The translations under genes and the position numbers were made by a program. A stretch of DNA of 64,000 bases from positions 66,156,001 to 66,220,000 of the forward strand of contig CM052816.1 of assembly GCA_028534125.1 (NCBI GenBank), in the 5' to 3' direction. Below are positions 37,810-50,100 of this stretch, piece after piece (positions within the stretch are counted from its first letter, which is position 1; every line of letters starts with the position of its first letter). A model generated the notes under the pieces. It searched no databases. It was not told the DNA's origin and saw only the letters and a program-made list of their open reading frames with translations. Source of the DNA: Lama glama (taxonomy: Eukaryota).

Positions 37810-38338
37810 TATTTCTTGAATATATTTGACATATATAACATTGTGTGAATTTAAGGTGTGCAGTGTGTTACTTTCATACTTACATATTGTAATAAAATTG
37901 CCACTGTAGTTACATTTATCACATTACGATATTGTCTAAATTCACTGTACTGTGTGCTAGATCTCTATGGCTTGTTTACTACTCGTTTGTACATCTGTAC
38001 CCTTGAATAACATCGGTCATCCCCATTCCCTGGTAACCATCATTTTACTGTTTTATGAGTTTGACCTTTTAGCTTTCACATATAAGTGATAACATACAGA
38101 TTTGAGTTTCTCCGACTTACCTCACTTAGCATAATGTACTCAAGGTCCATCCGTGTTGTTGCAAATGGCAGGATATCCGTTTTCCTCAGGGCTGAATAAT
38201 ATTCTGCGTCGTTTTTATCCATTCATCCACTGATGAATATTTAGGTTGTTTCCCCATCTTGGCTATTGGGAATAATGCTGCAATAAATATGGGAGTGCAT
38301 ATGTCTCTTCAAGGTCATCTTTTTGTTTCCTTTGGAGA
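37810..38338 (-). mobile_element. L1 3' end (L1MA-like)
   Basis: GACTTACCTCACTTAGCATAATG...GGTCCATCCGTGTTGTTGCAAATGGCAGGAT...GGCTGAATAATATTC, antisense ORF2 end and 3' UTR. Confidence 0.85.
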
Positions 38339-39150
38339 TGTAATGGGAAACCCCAGTTTTCCTCCTTCCTGTGTAGAGAAAAACCCGGCTCCTCCTCACT
38401 GAGTTTCCTCCTTGTGAGCCTCCTCTGCTACTCGAACATAATACTTTACTTCCAGTCACCAAATGTGTGAAAAACCTTTACCCCACACCGAGCAATTCTC
38501 CATGGCACCAGCTGGGTGTCCTATAATATAACTCAATTCTAACACTGTCTACCTGGATAGTGTCAGGTTGCAGGGGTTAAGGGCTCAGTCCTACTAGACC
38601 ATCCCTCCCTGCACTTCAGACTCCAGTCGCAGACTCAGGTTGTCACCTGAGCTTTGGACCTAGTGGCTGTCGCTTGGAGGTTGCAGTGGCCCCTCCTCAG
38701 GCTTGATTAGTTTGCTAGGGAAGCTCACAGAACTCAGACACATTTTACTTACTTTTTACCAGGATGTGCAGAAGGATGTAGCTGACCATCCATATGAGAG
38801 ACACGGTTAGGCAAGGTCTGTGAGAAGGGATGCAGAGCTTCCGTTCCCTCTCTGGGGCACCTCAGTGATGTGTTTACCAACCTGAAAGTTCTCCAAACCC
38901 TTTACTTGGCGGATTTTATGGAGGCTTCTTCACCTAGGCGTGATCAATTATTGACATCGTTTCTAGCTCTGCTCCCCTCTCTGGAGGATGAGGGGTGGGG
39001 CCGAAAATTCCAAGCTTCTAATCATGGTCTTAGTCTTTCTGGTTACCAGCCCCTCTCCAGGAGCTATCCAGAACTGACCCAGGCTTACCTCAGGAGAACA
39101 AATGATGCCTCTAGTGCTTTTATCACTTAAAAATTTGCAAGAGTTTAGGA
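38339..39150 (-). mobile_element. MER21-like LTR
   Basis: CACCAGCTGGGTGTCCTA...CAATTCTAACACTGTCTACCTGGA...GGTTAAGGGCTCAGTCC; starts TGTAATGGG; right end truncated or approximate. Confidence 0.7.
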
Positions 39151-39164
39151 GTTCAGGAGACTGT

Positions 39165-42010
39165 GCTGGACGGCAGTGTAGAAAAACCCTGAGCTCACCT
39201 CACAGGCTGAGCAAAATCACAACTATGTGCAGAACAGCCGCTGGTGAAAAAATCAGAACCTACGAAAGGATTGTCTGCAAACAAAGACCTAAAGAAGGAA
39301 GCAGAAAGAGCCGAGAAGGAGGGGCAGGGTCATGCTGTAGTTAAATTCCTTACATCTGGGTGGGCAACTCTCAAACAGGAGAATCATTATAACTGTAGAG
39401 GTTCTCCCAAAGGAGTGAGAAGGCCAAGCCCCACACTGGGCTCCAGAGCCTGGGCGTCCTGCACTGGGGAGCCGAGCCCTGGAGCACTTGGCTGGCGGGG
39501 CTCACTCACGGGAAGGCCGGGGGCTGTGCGAGAGAGACTTTGCTCTTAAAAGGCGCGCACGCAAGCCCCAGCCTCCAGGACCCGGGCAGAAGCAGTGACT
39601 GGGTAGGGGCCTGTGTCAGAGCTGCTTGCTGACCTTGGAGAGTCTCCCAGAGAGGGAGGAGGCAACTGCAGCTCAGCCTGGGGACACAGACACTGGAGGC
39701 ACCCATCTTGGGGAGTTCATTCTGCCATGTGGACCCTGGTGCTGGCAATGCCATTTTGGAGTCTTCCCACTAGTTTCGTAGACCTGGGACCCAGCCCCAC
39801 CTTGGCCCAGCCTTCTACAGCCCCCAGTGCCGGCCCTCCTCTGGCTAAGCAGTAACCAGGCATGGAAGCCTCCCCCCTCTACAGACAGGCCGCCTTCGGG
39901 CTCCCTGTGCACGCAGCCACCGCTGGACAGGGCCCCGCATACCAGGGCCCGGAACCCGCCCCTTGCCAGTGCGTAGGCACTAGACTTGAGACCCCCGGAG
40001 CCCTCCGGCCGGAGTCCCTGGGACCCAGCTCCATACCCCAGTGGGCAGGCACCAGCCTCAGGATCCTGGGGCCCTAGACTTGACACCAGCGAGCCTGCTT
40101 TGGCCTTGGCCGAGCTCTACCCACTAGCCGGCGGACACTAACTGCAAGAAAACCATAGCACCGCAGTCTGTGGGTGTGGCCCACCCGCTCCCGAGCAGGC
40201 CAGATCTAGCCCTGGGGCCTCCTGGGCCGGGGTCTGTCCACTAGCAGGCCAACACAAGCTTCAAGACATCGCAGAACCATAGCTAAATGTGTCAGGGACC
40301 GACCTCATCCAGCAGCAACACAACACCTGCTCTAGGACCCCTGAGCTCTGCGGCCAGACTCCAGGACACATCTCTGCCTGCCCGTAAGTGGGCACTAGCC
40401 GCAGGACCTGGCCTCACCCACTAACGGGCAGGCAACAGCCCTGAGCTCTCCTAGACCCTGACTATCTCACAGGGAAACCAGCACGAACCCCAGGGCCCAG
40501 GGTTCCCAGTCAGCCACCTTATGACCCAGTCCCACTAACAAACAGCCAGCAGCCTCCATGCAAGGCAGGGCCTGGCAGCCAGGCTGCGGGCCTGCCAAGC
40601 CTACCAGACCACCCACATAGCCCGTCACAGCAGGAAGACCCATGCAGCCCTCATGGGGGAGCCCCTAGAGCATATAACTGGTGATGGAGGCTAGTGCAGT
40701 GCTGAGATGCATAAGACATCTACAGAAGACCTCCTCTTCAGGTCAGGAAACGTAAACAACCTCGCAGACACATAAAAATCGAAACAGCAAGTTAGGCAAA
40801 AAGGTGTAGAGGAACATGTTCCAAACAAAGGAACAAGATAAAACCCCAGAAGAACTAAATGACATGAGACAGATGATCTACCTGAGAAAGAATTCAGGGT
40901 GGTGATCATAAAGATGATTAGAGAATTTGGGAGAAGAATGGATGTGCAGAGTGAGAAGTTAGTAGTTTTTAGCAGAATTAGAAAATACAAAGAATAAGCA
41001 AACAGATGAGGAATACAGTAACTTAACTGAAAACTACATTAGCAGGAATCAGCAGTGGACTAAATGGTACGGAGGGAGAGATCAGGGAGGGGAGCTGGAA
41101 GACAGCAGTGGAATTCACTGATGCTGAGCAGAGAAAAGGAAAAATGAAATGAGGGAAGTTTGAGACCTCTGGAACAGCTTCAAGCACTAATTTTCGCATT
41201 TTAGGGGTCCTAGAAGGAGAAGCGATGAAGGGGTTGAGAACATAATTGAAGACAGAACAGCTGAAAACTTCCCTAAAAAGGCAAAGTTTCTTCTCTGGGG
41301 AAGAATATGAACATTCAAGTCTAGGAAGAACAGAGACCCATATAGAATTAACCCAGAGAGGAACACACCGAGACACACTGTAATTAAAATAGCAAAAATT
41401 AAAGATAGAGAATATTAAACGCAGCAAGGAAAGGCAACAAGTAACATTCAGTTGAATGCCCATAAGGTTAGCAGGTGGCTTTTCAGAAGCAGCGCTGCAG
41501 GCCGCAAGGGAGGGGCGTGCTGTATTTCAGGTGACAAAAGGAAGAAACCTACAACTAGGAATCTAGGAATCCTCCACCAGGCGAGGCTCTTGTTCAGCCT
41601 TGGAGAGATCAAAAGCCTCACATACAAGCAAGAGCTACGTTCAGCATCACCAAACCACCTTTACAAGAAATATTAAAAGAAACTTCTTGGAGTGAAAAAG
41701 AAAAGAACACAATGAGAAACATGAAAAGCTGAATACTACAAAGCTATAGTAATCAAAACATTATGGGCCTGGCACAAAAATAGACACTTAGATCAATGGA
41801 ACAGAATAGAGAGCTCAGGTAAACTCATGCACTTATGGTCAATGAATTTATGACAAAGGAGGCAAGAATACACAATGGAGAAAGGGCAGTCTCTTCAGTA
41901 ACTGGTGCTGGGTAAACTGGACAGCTACCTGTGAAAAAAAATTATATTAGAATCTTCTCTAACACCATACACAAAAAATGGCTTAAAGACCTTAATGTAA
42001 GACCGGGAAC
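39165..42010 (+). mobile_element. L1 5' UTR + degraded ORF1, joined to a short downstream ORF2 fragment
   Basis: GC-rich 5' UTR from CCCTGAGCTCACCTC; ORF1-like region ~40790-41680 (GGAACAAGATAAAACCCCAGAAGAACTAAATG, GGGGTCCTAGAAGGAGAAG, GCTGAAAACTTCCC); abrupt jump near 41728 to TACTACAAAGCTATAGTAATCAAAACA. Confidence 0.8.
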
Positions 42011-42436
42011 CTTTTACTTCTTTGTCTTTCTTACTGCTCTAGCTAGGACTTCCAGTACTAGATTAAATAGGAGTGGTGAGAGTGGACATCTTTGTTTTGT
42101 TCCTGATTTTAGAGGAAAAGATCTCAATTTTTCTCCACTGAGTGTATTAGCTGTGTTTATTGTATATGGCCTTTATTATATTAGGATATGTTCCTTCTAT
42201 ACCCAATCTGAAAGGATATTGTATTTTATCCAAAGCTTTTTCTGCATTTATTGAGATGATTCTGTGACCTTCATCTTTCATTTTATTGTGGTGATGTATT
42301 AGATTTATCGATTTTCATATGTTAAACCATCCTTTCATCTCAGGGACAAATACAACTTGGTCATTTTTTTTAATGTGTTTGCTAACATTCTGTTGAGAAT
42401 ATTTGCATCTATGTTCGTCAGAGATATTGGTCTATA

Positions 42437-42957
42437 CAGATCTTTCTCAACTTACGACAAGCTTATATCCCAATAAACCCATTGTAAATTGAAAATACTG
42501 TAAGTCAAAAATGCGTTTAATACACCTAACCTACCTTAGGTGTATTAAGAACATCATAGCTTAGCCTAGCCTACCTTAAACATGCTGAGAACATTTACAT
42601 CAGCCTACGTTTGGGCAAAATCATTTAACACAAGGACTGTTTTATAATAAAGTATTAAATACCTCATATAATTTATTGAATACTGTACTGAAAGTAAACA
42701 AACAAACAAACCCAAACAAACAGAATGAACGTATGAATACAGAATGGTCGTATCAGTGGTTTGCCCCCATGACTGTGTGGCTGACTGGGAGCTGCCGCTC
42801 ACTGCTCTGCCCAGCTTCAGAGAGAGTGTCATCTTGCCCATCGCTAGCCTGGAAAGAGATCAAAATTCAAAGGATGGTTTCTGTGGAATATATATCACTT
42901 TCCCACTATTGTAAAGTCTATACACTCAGTCAAAGCAATGTAAGTCAGGGGCTGTGC
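42437..42957. mobile_element. TcMar-Tigger element (MER47/Tigger5-like)
   Basis: TA-CAGAT...CAACTTACGA...AATAAACCCATTGTAA...GAACATCATAGCTTAGCCTAGCCTACCTTAAACATGCT...GTAAGTCAGGGG. Confidence 0.85.
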
Positions 42958-43993
42958 ATTTAGGGACTGTGGGGTTTTCTTGTGGTATCCTTTTCTGGTT
43001 TGGTATCTGGGTAATGCTGGCTTTGTACAACGAGTTTGGAAATCATTTCTCCTCTCTGATACTTTGGACAAGTTTGGAGATTGGTATTAATTCCTGAAAC
43101 GTTTGGTAGGATTCACCAGTGAAGCTGTGTAGTCCTAGAATTTCTGTTTGGGGAGGTTTTAAATTACTGATTCAATCTCTTCACACATTCTTGGTCTGTT
43201 CAGATTTTCTATTTCTTCATGATTCAGTCTTTAGGTTGCTTCGTGAAATGTATCAATTTTTTCTAGGTTATCTAATTCATTGGGATATAATTGTTCATAG
43301 TTGTCTCTTAAGATCCTATGCATTTCTGTAGTATCAATTATAATGGATTCTTTTTCATTCTGCATTTTGTGTTGTCTTTTTTCTTAATCTAGTTAAAGGT
43401 TTGTCAATTTTGTTTCCTTTTGAAGAACCAGCTCTTAACTTTCATTGATTCTATGTTTCTGGTCTCCATTTTATTTATTTCCACACTGATCTTCCTTCCT
43501 TCCTTCTGCTAACTTTGGGCTTAATTTGTTCATCTATTTCTAGATTTTTGAGATGTAAAGTTAGATGGTTTGAGATTTTTCTAATTTCTTACATGCATTT
43601 ATTTCTATAAACTTGCTTCTCAGAATGGCTTTTGTGGCATCCTACAAGATTTGATATATTGTATTTTCATTTGCTTGAGATTATTTATTTCTCTTTTGAC
43701 TTCTTTGAGTCGTTTGTTGTTTAGAAGCTTGCTGTTTAGTTTCCACATATTTGTAGATCTTCTCACTTTCCTCTTGTTCTAGTTTCATACCATTGTGGTA
43801 AGAAAAGATAGTTGATGTTATTTTAATATTAAATTTGCTAAGATTTGTTTTGTGTCTTATCATATACATATATCATGCAGAGTGTTCCATGTGCACTTGA
43901 GAAGAATGTGTATTCTTCTGCAAGTGGATGTAATGTTCTGTATACATCTGTTAAGTTCTTTTGTTCTAAAGTATTGTTCAATTCCAATGTTTT

Positions 43994-45557
43994 ATTAATT
44001 AATTTTTTAAAACATTTTTTTGAGTTATAGTCATTTTACAATGTTGTGTCAAATTCCCAGTGTAGAGCACAATTTTTCAGTTTAATTTATTCTGTATTTA
44101 TTTTTATTGAAGTACAATCAGTTATAATGTGTCAATTTCTGGTGTACAGCACAATGTCCTAGTCATGCATATACATACATATATTCATTTTCATATTATT
44201 TTTCATTAAAGGTAATTACAAGATATCTAAGAGTTCCCTGTGCCATACAGAAGAAACTTTTTTAAAAGCTATTTTTATATATAGTGGCTAACATTTGTAA
44301 ATCTCAAATTCCCAAATTTATCCCTTCCCACTCCCTTTCCCCAGTAACCATAAAATTGTTTACTATGTCTGCAAGTCTGTTTCTGTTTTGTAGATGAGTT
44401 TATAGTGGTTGTTTTTTTTCTTTCTTTCTTTTCCTTTTTTCTTTTTTTTAGATTCCACATATGATTGATACCATACAGTATTTTTCTCTTTATGGCTTAC
44501 TTCACATAGAATGATGATTTCTAGGTCCATCCATATTGCTGCAACTGACATTATTTTATTCTTTTTGTGGCTGAGTAGTATTCCATTGTGGAAATATACC
44601 ACAATTTTTCTTATCCAGTCATCTGTCGATGGACATTTAGGTTGTTTCCATGTCTTGGCTATTGTATATAGTGCCTCTATGAACATTGGGGTGCATGTAT
44701 CTTTTCAAATTACAGTTCCCTGCAGATATATACCCAGAAGTGGGGTTGCTGGATCATATGGTAAGTCGATTTTTAGTTTTTTGAGGAATCTCCATACTGT
44801 TTTCCATAATGGCTTCACCAAACTACATTCCCACCAGCAGTGCAGGAGGGTTCCCTTTTCTCCACACCATCTCCAGCATTTATTGTTCATGGACTTTTGA
44901 ATGATGGCCATTCTGACTGCTGTGAAGTGATACCTCATTATAGTTTTGATTTGCATTTCTCTGATAATTAGTGATATTGAGCATTTTTTTCATGTGCCTA
45001 TTGGCCATTTGTATGTCTTCATTAGAAAACTGCTTGTTTAGGTCTTCTGACCATTTTTGGATTGGGTTTTGTTGCTGTTGTTATTGTTAAGTTGTATAAG
45101 CTGTTTGTATATTCTGGAAATTAAGCCTTTGTCAGTCACATCATTTGTAAATATTTTCTCCCATACTGTATGTTGTCATTTTGCTTTGCTTATTGGTTTC
45201 CTTTGCCATGCAAAATCTTATAAATTTAATTAGGTCCCATTTGTTTATTTTTGCTCTTATTTCTATTACCTGGGTAGACTGCCGTAGGAGAACATTGTTA
45301 AGATTTATGTCAGAGAATGTTTTGCCTGTGTTTTGTTCCAGGAGATTTATCGTGTCTTGTCTTATATTTAAGTCTTTAAACCATTTTGGGTTTATTTTTG
45401 TGTATGGAATGATGGAGTGTTCTAACTTCATTGATTTACATGCAGCTGTCCAGTTTTCCCAACACCACTTGCTGAAGAGACTGTCTTTTCTCCATCATAC
45501 ATTCTTGCCTCCTTTGTTGAAGATTAATTGACCATAGGTCTGTGGGTTTATTTCTGG
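43994..45557 (-). mobile_element. Younger lineage-specific L1, 5'-truncated
   Basis: 13-bp TSD ATTCCAATGTTTT at 43981-43993 and 45558-45570; ORF2 C-terminal peptides ([40 protein letters not shown]). Confidence 0.92.
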
Positions 45558-46832
45558 ATTCCAATGTTTTCTTGATGATTGTCTATCGGATGATATATTC
45601 ATTGCTAATAGTAGGGGCTTCAATATCCCACTATTGTTGTATTGCTGTCTATTTCTCCCTTAAGATCTATTAGTATTTGCTTAATATATTTAGCTCAGAT
45701 ATTGGGAGCATATATATTTACAATTGTTTTATCTTGATCTATTGACCCTTTACCATTACATAATGACCTTCTTACTCTCTTGTTACCATTTTTGGTTTGT
45801 AGTCTGTTTTGCCTGAGTATGGCTATGCCTGTTTTCTGCTTCCTTAGATGATCATCTTCCATCCCTTCACTTTGAACCTATGTATATCTTTATAACTGAA
45901 GTGAGTCTCCTGTAGGCACCACGTAAGTGGATCCTGTTGTTTTTTTTTTTTATCCATCTAGCTGCTCTGTGCATTTTTATTAGTGAATTCAATTAATTTG
46001 CATTTAGGGTGATCACTGACATCATTAATATGTAATCGCTTACTGCTGCCATTTTATCTTTTGCTTTTTGGTTATTTTGGATCCTCATGGTTTGTTTCTT
46101 GTTTCTGTTTACCTTTGTAAGTTGATGGTTTCCACAGTGATTTGTTGAGTCTCCTCATTTTTTTTAAATTTCATGTCTGCTCTAGATTTTTGCTTTGTGA
46201 TTACCATAAGGTTTACAGACAACATACCAATATTAAATAATTATTTTTCTGCTGAAAGCAATTTATCTTCACTTGTCTATAAAATTTCTATCATTTTACT
46301 TCTCTCCTTTTATAGTTTTGATGTCATAATTTACCTCTTTTTATGCTGTGAATTTATTACAAAATTGTAGTAGCTATAGTTATTTTAAATGCTTTTTTCC
46401 TTAACCTTTATGCTATAATTATGTGTTTAGCACACTATTATAAAATATAATTCTGTCACCTCGATAAGAATTTTCTGTACTTTTGTCTTTTTGTCTGAAA
46501 AGCTGTCTTCAGCATTTCTTATAAGGCAGGTCGAACTCTCTCAGCTTTTGTCAAGGAAAGACTTTATTTCTCCTTCATATCCAAAGGACAGCTTTGCTGG
46601 GCAGAGCACTCCTTCTGATTTAGGAAGGTTTTGTTTACTTGATTCTAACAGTCAATGGATTGGCAATTAGAAGATTTTCTTTTGTTTTCCAGGAGGTGTT
46701 GATATAACAAAAGTTTTTGACTTCTTTTATAGGCACTGACTCACTGCTAAAGTTTAGAGTGTATTTAAAAGAAAATGCCATTAAATGACACTTAAAAAAA
46801 AAAAAAGAAAAAAGAGCTGGCAGCAGGGCGGG

Positions 46833-46849
46833 GTGTGTGTGTGTGTGTG
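46833..46849 (+). repeat. (GT)8 microsatellite
   Basis: Direct reading. Confidence 0.9.
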
Positions 46850-47194
46850 CTTAGAACTTGGCGTTTTACGTGTGCCCATGGCCCAGAAGGGGAGTCCTTG
46901 AGTTGAGGAGTCCCACGTGTCCATGGGCAGACCTCTTGCTAAAATCCTGAAGCAGATGCAGGAAACAGGTTCCTTCAGTCTCTTTATCTGTTGTCTTCCC
47001 TTTCTTTTCCCTGCCTTGAGTCATGGAGGTCTCTCCTTAGTTAGACCCATGTGTTAAAGAGCAGCAGGACCCTCCACCTGCAACTTGTGTGTCAAAGCAG
47101 ACTTCCACTGGCCACTTTCAGTTTTCACCTCCTCTACTAAAAGTAGAGACCACCACCACTGCCACCGGTGCCACCATTGCAGAAGATCATAGAT

Positions 47195-50100
47195 TAATTG
47201 TGTTTCTCTGACTTATTTCACTTAGCATGATTACCTTAAGGTCCATCCATGTTGTCACAAATGGCAAGCTTTCCATCTCTTTTAGGACTGAATAATATTC
47301 CAGTATACACATGCACACATACCTCATCTTTATTTATCTATCAATGGACACTTAGGTTGTATCCATTTCTTGGCTAAATAATGCTGCAGTGAACACAGGG
47401 GTACGTTTACCTTTTTCAAATTAGTGTTTTTATTTTCTTTGCATAAATATCCTGAAGTAGAATTGCTGGATCATATGATAGTTCTAATTTTTTGAGGAAC
47501 CTTCATATTATTTTCCATAATGGCTACATGAACTTACATTCCCGTCAACAGTGCACAGAGGTTTCCTTTTCTCCACATCCTCACCAGCACCTGTTATTTC
47601 TTGTCATTTTGATAATAACCATCCTAATAGATATGAGGTGACATTCTCATTGTGGTCTTGATTTGCATTTCTCTGATGATTAGCGATGCTGAGCATCTTT
47701 TCATGTATCTGTTGGCCATCTGTGTGTCTTTGGAAAACTGTATATTCAGATCCTCTGCCCATTTTTAAAAATCAGACTTTTTTTTTGCTATTGAGTTGTA
47801 TAAGCTCTTTATATATTTTGCATTTTAACCCCTTGACATATATGATTTGTAAATATTTTCTCCCAGTAAGTAGATTCTTTTTTCATCATGTTAATGATTT
47901 CCTTTGCTGTGCAGAAGCTTTTTAGTTTGACATAGTCCCATTTGTTTATTTTTCATCAGTTGCCTTTGTTTTGAGAATCAAATCCAAAAAAATAATCAGA
48001 GACTGATGTTAAGGAGCTTGCCACTCAAGTTTTCTTCTAGGAGTTTTATAGTTTCAGGCCTTACATTCAAGTCTGTAATACAATGTGAGTAAATTTTTTA
48101 AATACTGTAAGGCAGAAGTCCAGTTTTATTCTTTTGTGTGTGGCTGTCCAATTTTCCCAACATCATTTAAAGAAGAGACTGCCTCCTAATTATGGCTTCT
48201 TAGTTCTTTTGTCGCAAATTAATTGACCATATAGTGTGCACTTACTGTTAGACTAGCTCTTCTGTTCCACTGAGCTATATACTTGTTTTTATGCTAACAT
48301 CCTACTAGCTTTGCAATCTGGTTTGAAATCAAGGAGCTTGACACTCTAGCTTTGTTCTTGCTCAAGATTGCTTTGGCTGCTTGTGGGTCTTCTGTGGTTT
48401 CATACGAATTTTATGATTGTTTGTTCTGTTTCTGAGGAAAATGCCACTGGAATTTTTATAAGGATTGTATTGACTCTATAGATTGCTCTGGGTAGTGTGA
48501 ACATTTTAACCATATTAATTCTTCCAATCCATGAGTCAGAATATCTTATTATTTATTTGTATCTTCTTCAATTTTTTAATCAATGTTTTGCAGTTTTCAG
48601 CATAGAAGTATTTCACTTCCTTGGTTAAATTTATACTGTTTTTTTTTTCTTCTTGATGCTATTTTAAATGGGATTTTTTTCCTTAATATTTTTCTGATAG
48701 TTCATTGTTACCGTACAGAAATGCAACAGATTTTTATATACTGAATTTTGTATCCTGGAACTTCCTAAAATTTATTTAGTTCTTACATTTTTTTCTTGTG
48801 GGATCTTTTGGATTTTCTGTATATAAGATGAGCAAATTGTGACCGCTTTGCTTCTTCCTGTCTAATTTGTATGCCTTTTTTTCCTTGCCTAATTTTTCTG
48901 GCTAGGACTTCCAGTACTATGCTGAATAAGAGGGGTGAGAGTGGTCATCTTTGTCTTGTTCCTGATCTTGGAGGAAAAGGTTTTAGGTTTTTATCAGTGA
49001 GTGTGATGTTAGCTTTGGGCTTGTATGGACTTATTGCTATGTACATATATGGCCTTTTATGTTGTGGTATGTTCCCTTTATACACACATTATTAAGAGTT
49101 TTTATCATAAATACACAGTAAATTTTGTCAAATGCTTTTTCTACATCTGTTGAGATAATAGGTTTTTATACTTCATTTTGTTACTATGATGTAGTACATT
49201 GATTCTGTGAATGTTCAATCACTTTTGCATCTCTGGAATAAATTGCACTTGATCACAGTGAATGATTCTTATAATGTATTGGTGAATTCAGTTTGCTGAT
49301 ATTTTGAGGATTTTTTTTCATCTATGCTCATCATTGATAGTGGCCTGAAATTTTCTTTTCTTGTGGTGTCCTTGTTTGGTTTTGTTGTCAGGGTAATGCT
49401 AGTCTTATAAAATTATTTTGGAAGTGTTTCATTTTCTATTTTGGGGGGAAGGGTTTGAGAAAGATTGGTATCAATTCTTTAAATATTCGGTAGAATTCAT
49501 CAGTGAAGCCATCTGGTCTTTAACTTTTGTGTATTGGGAGGTTTTTGATTATTAATTCAATCTCCTTACTAGTAATTGTTCTGTTCAGATTTCCTATTTC
49601 TTCATGATTCGGTCTTCCTAGGTTGTGTGTTTCTAGGAATTTATCCATTACTTCTATGTTGTCAATTTGTTGGCATGCAATTCTTCATAGTAATCTCTTA
49701 CAATCCTTTTTATTTCTGTGGTATGTATTATAATGTCTTTCGTTTCTGATTTTATTTGAGTCCCTTTTTCCCTTTTTTTCCCTTGTGAGTCTAGCTAAAT
49801 GTTGTCAATTTTGTTTTATACTTTCAAAGAACCAGTTCTTAGTTTCGCTGATGTTTTCTATTATCTTTCAGTCTCCATTTGTTTCCATTCTGATCTTTGT
49901 TATTTCCTTTCTTCTGATAAAGTTGGGTTTTATTTGTTCTTTTTTCTAGTTCTTTCAGGGGTAAGTTAAATTTTTTATTGGAGATACTTGATTCTTGATG
50001 TAGGCGTTAATGGCTGTGAACTTCCCTCTTAGAACTTCCTTTGCTGAATCACGTAAGTTTTGGTTTGTTGTATTTTCCTTTTCACTTGTTCAAGGTATTT

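Larger units (their letters stand above)
42011..46615 (-). mobile_element. Old L1 (ORF1 end to RT region), interrupted by a Tigger and a younger L1
   Basis: Antisense ORF2 motifs (GCTAGGACTTCCAGTACT, GTTCCATGTGCACTTGAGAAGAATGTGTATTCT) continue across both insertions. Confidence 0.8.
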
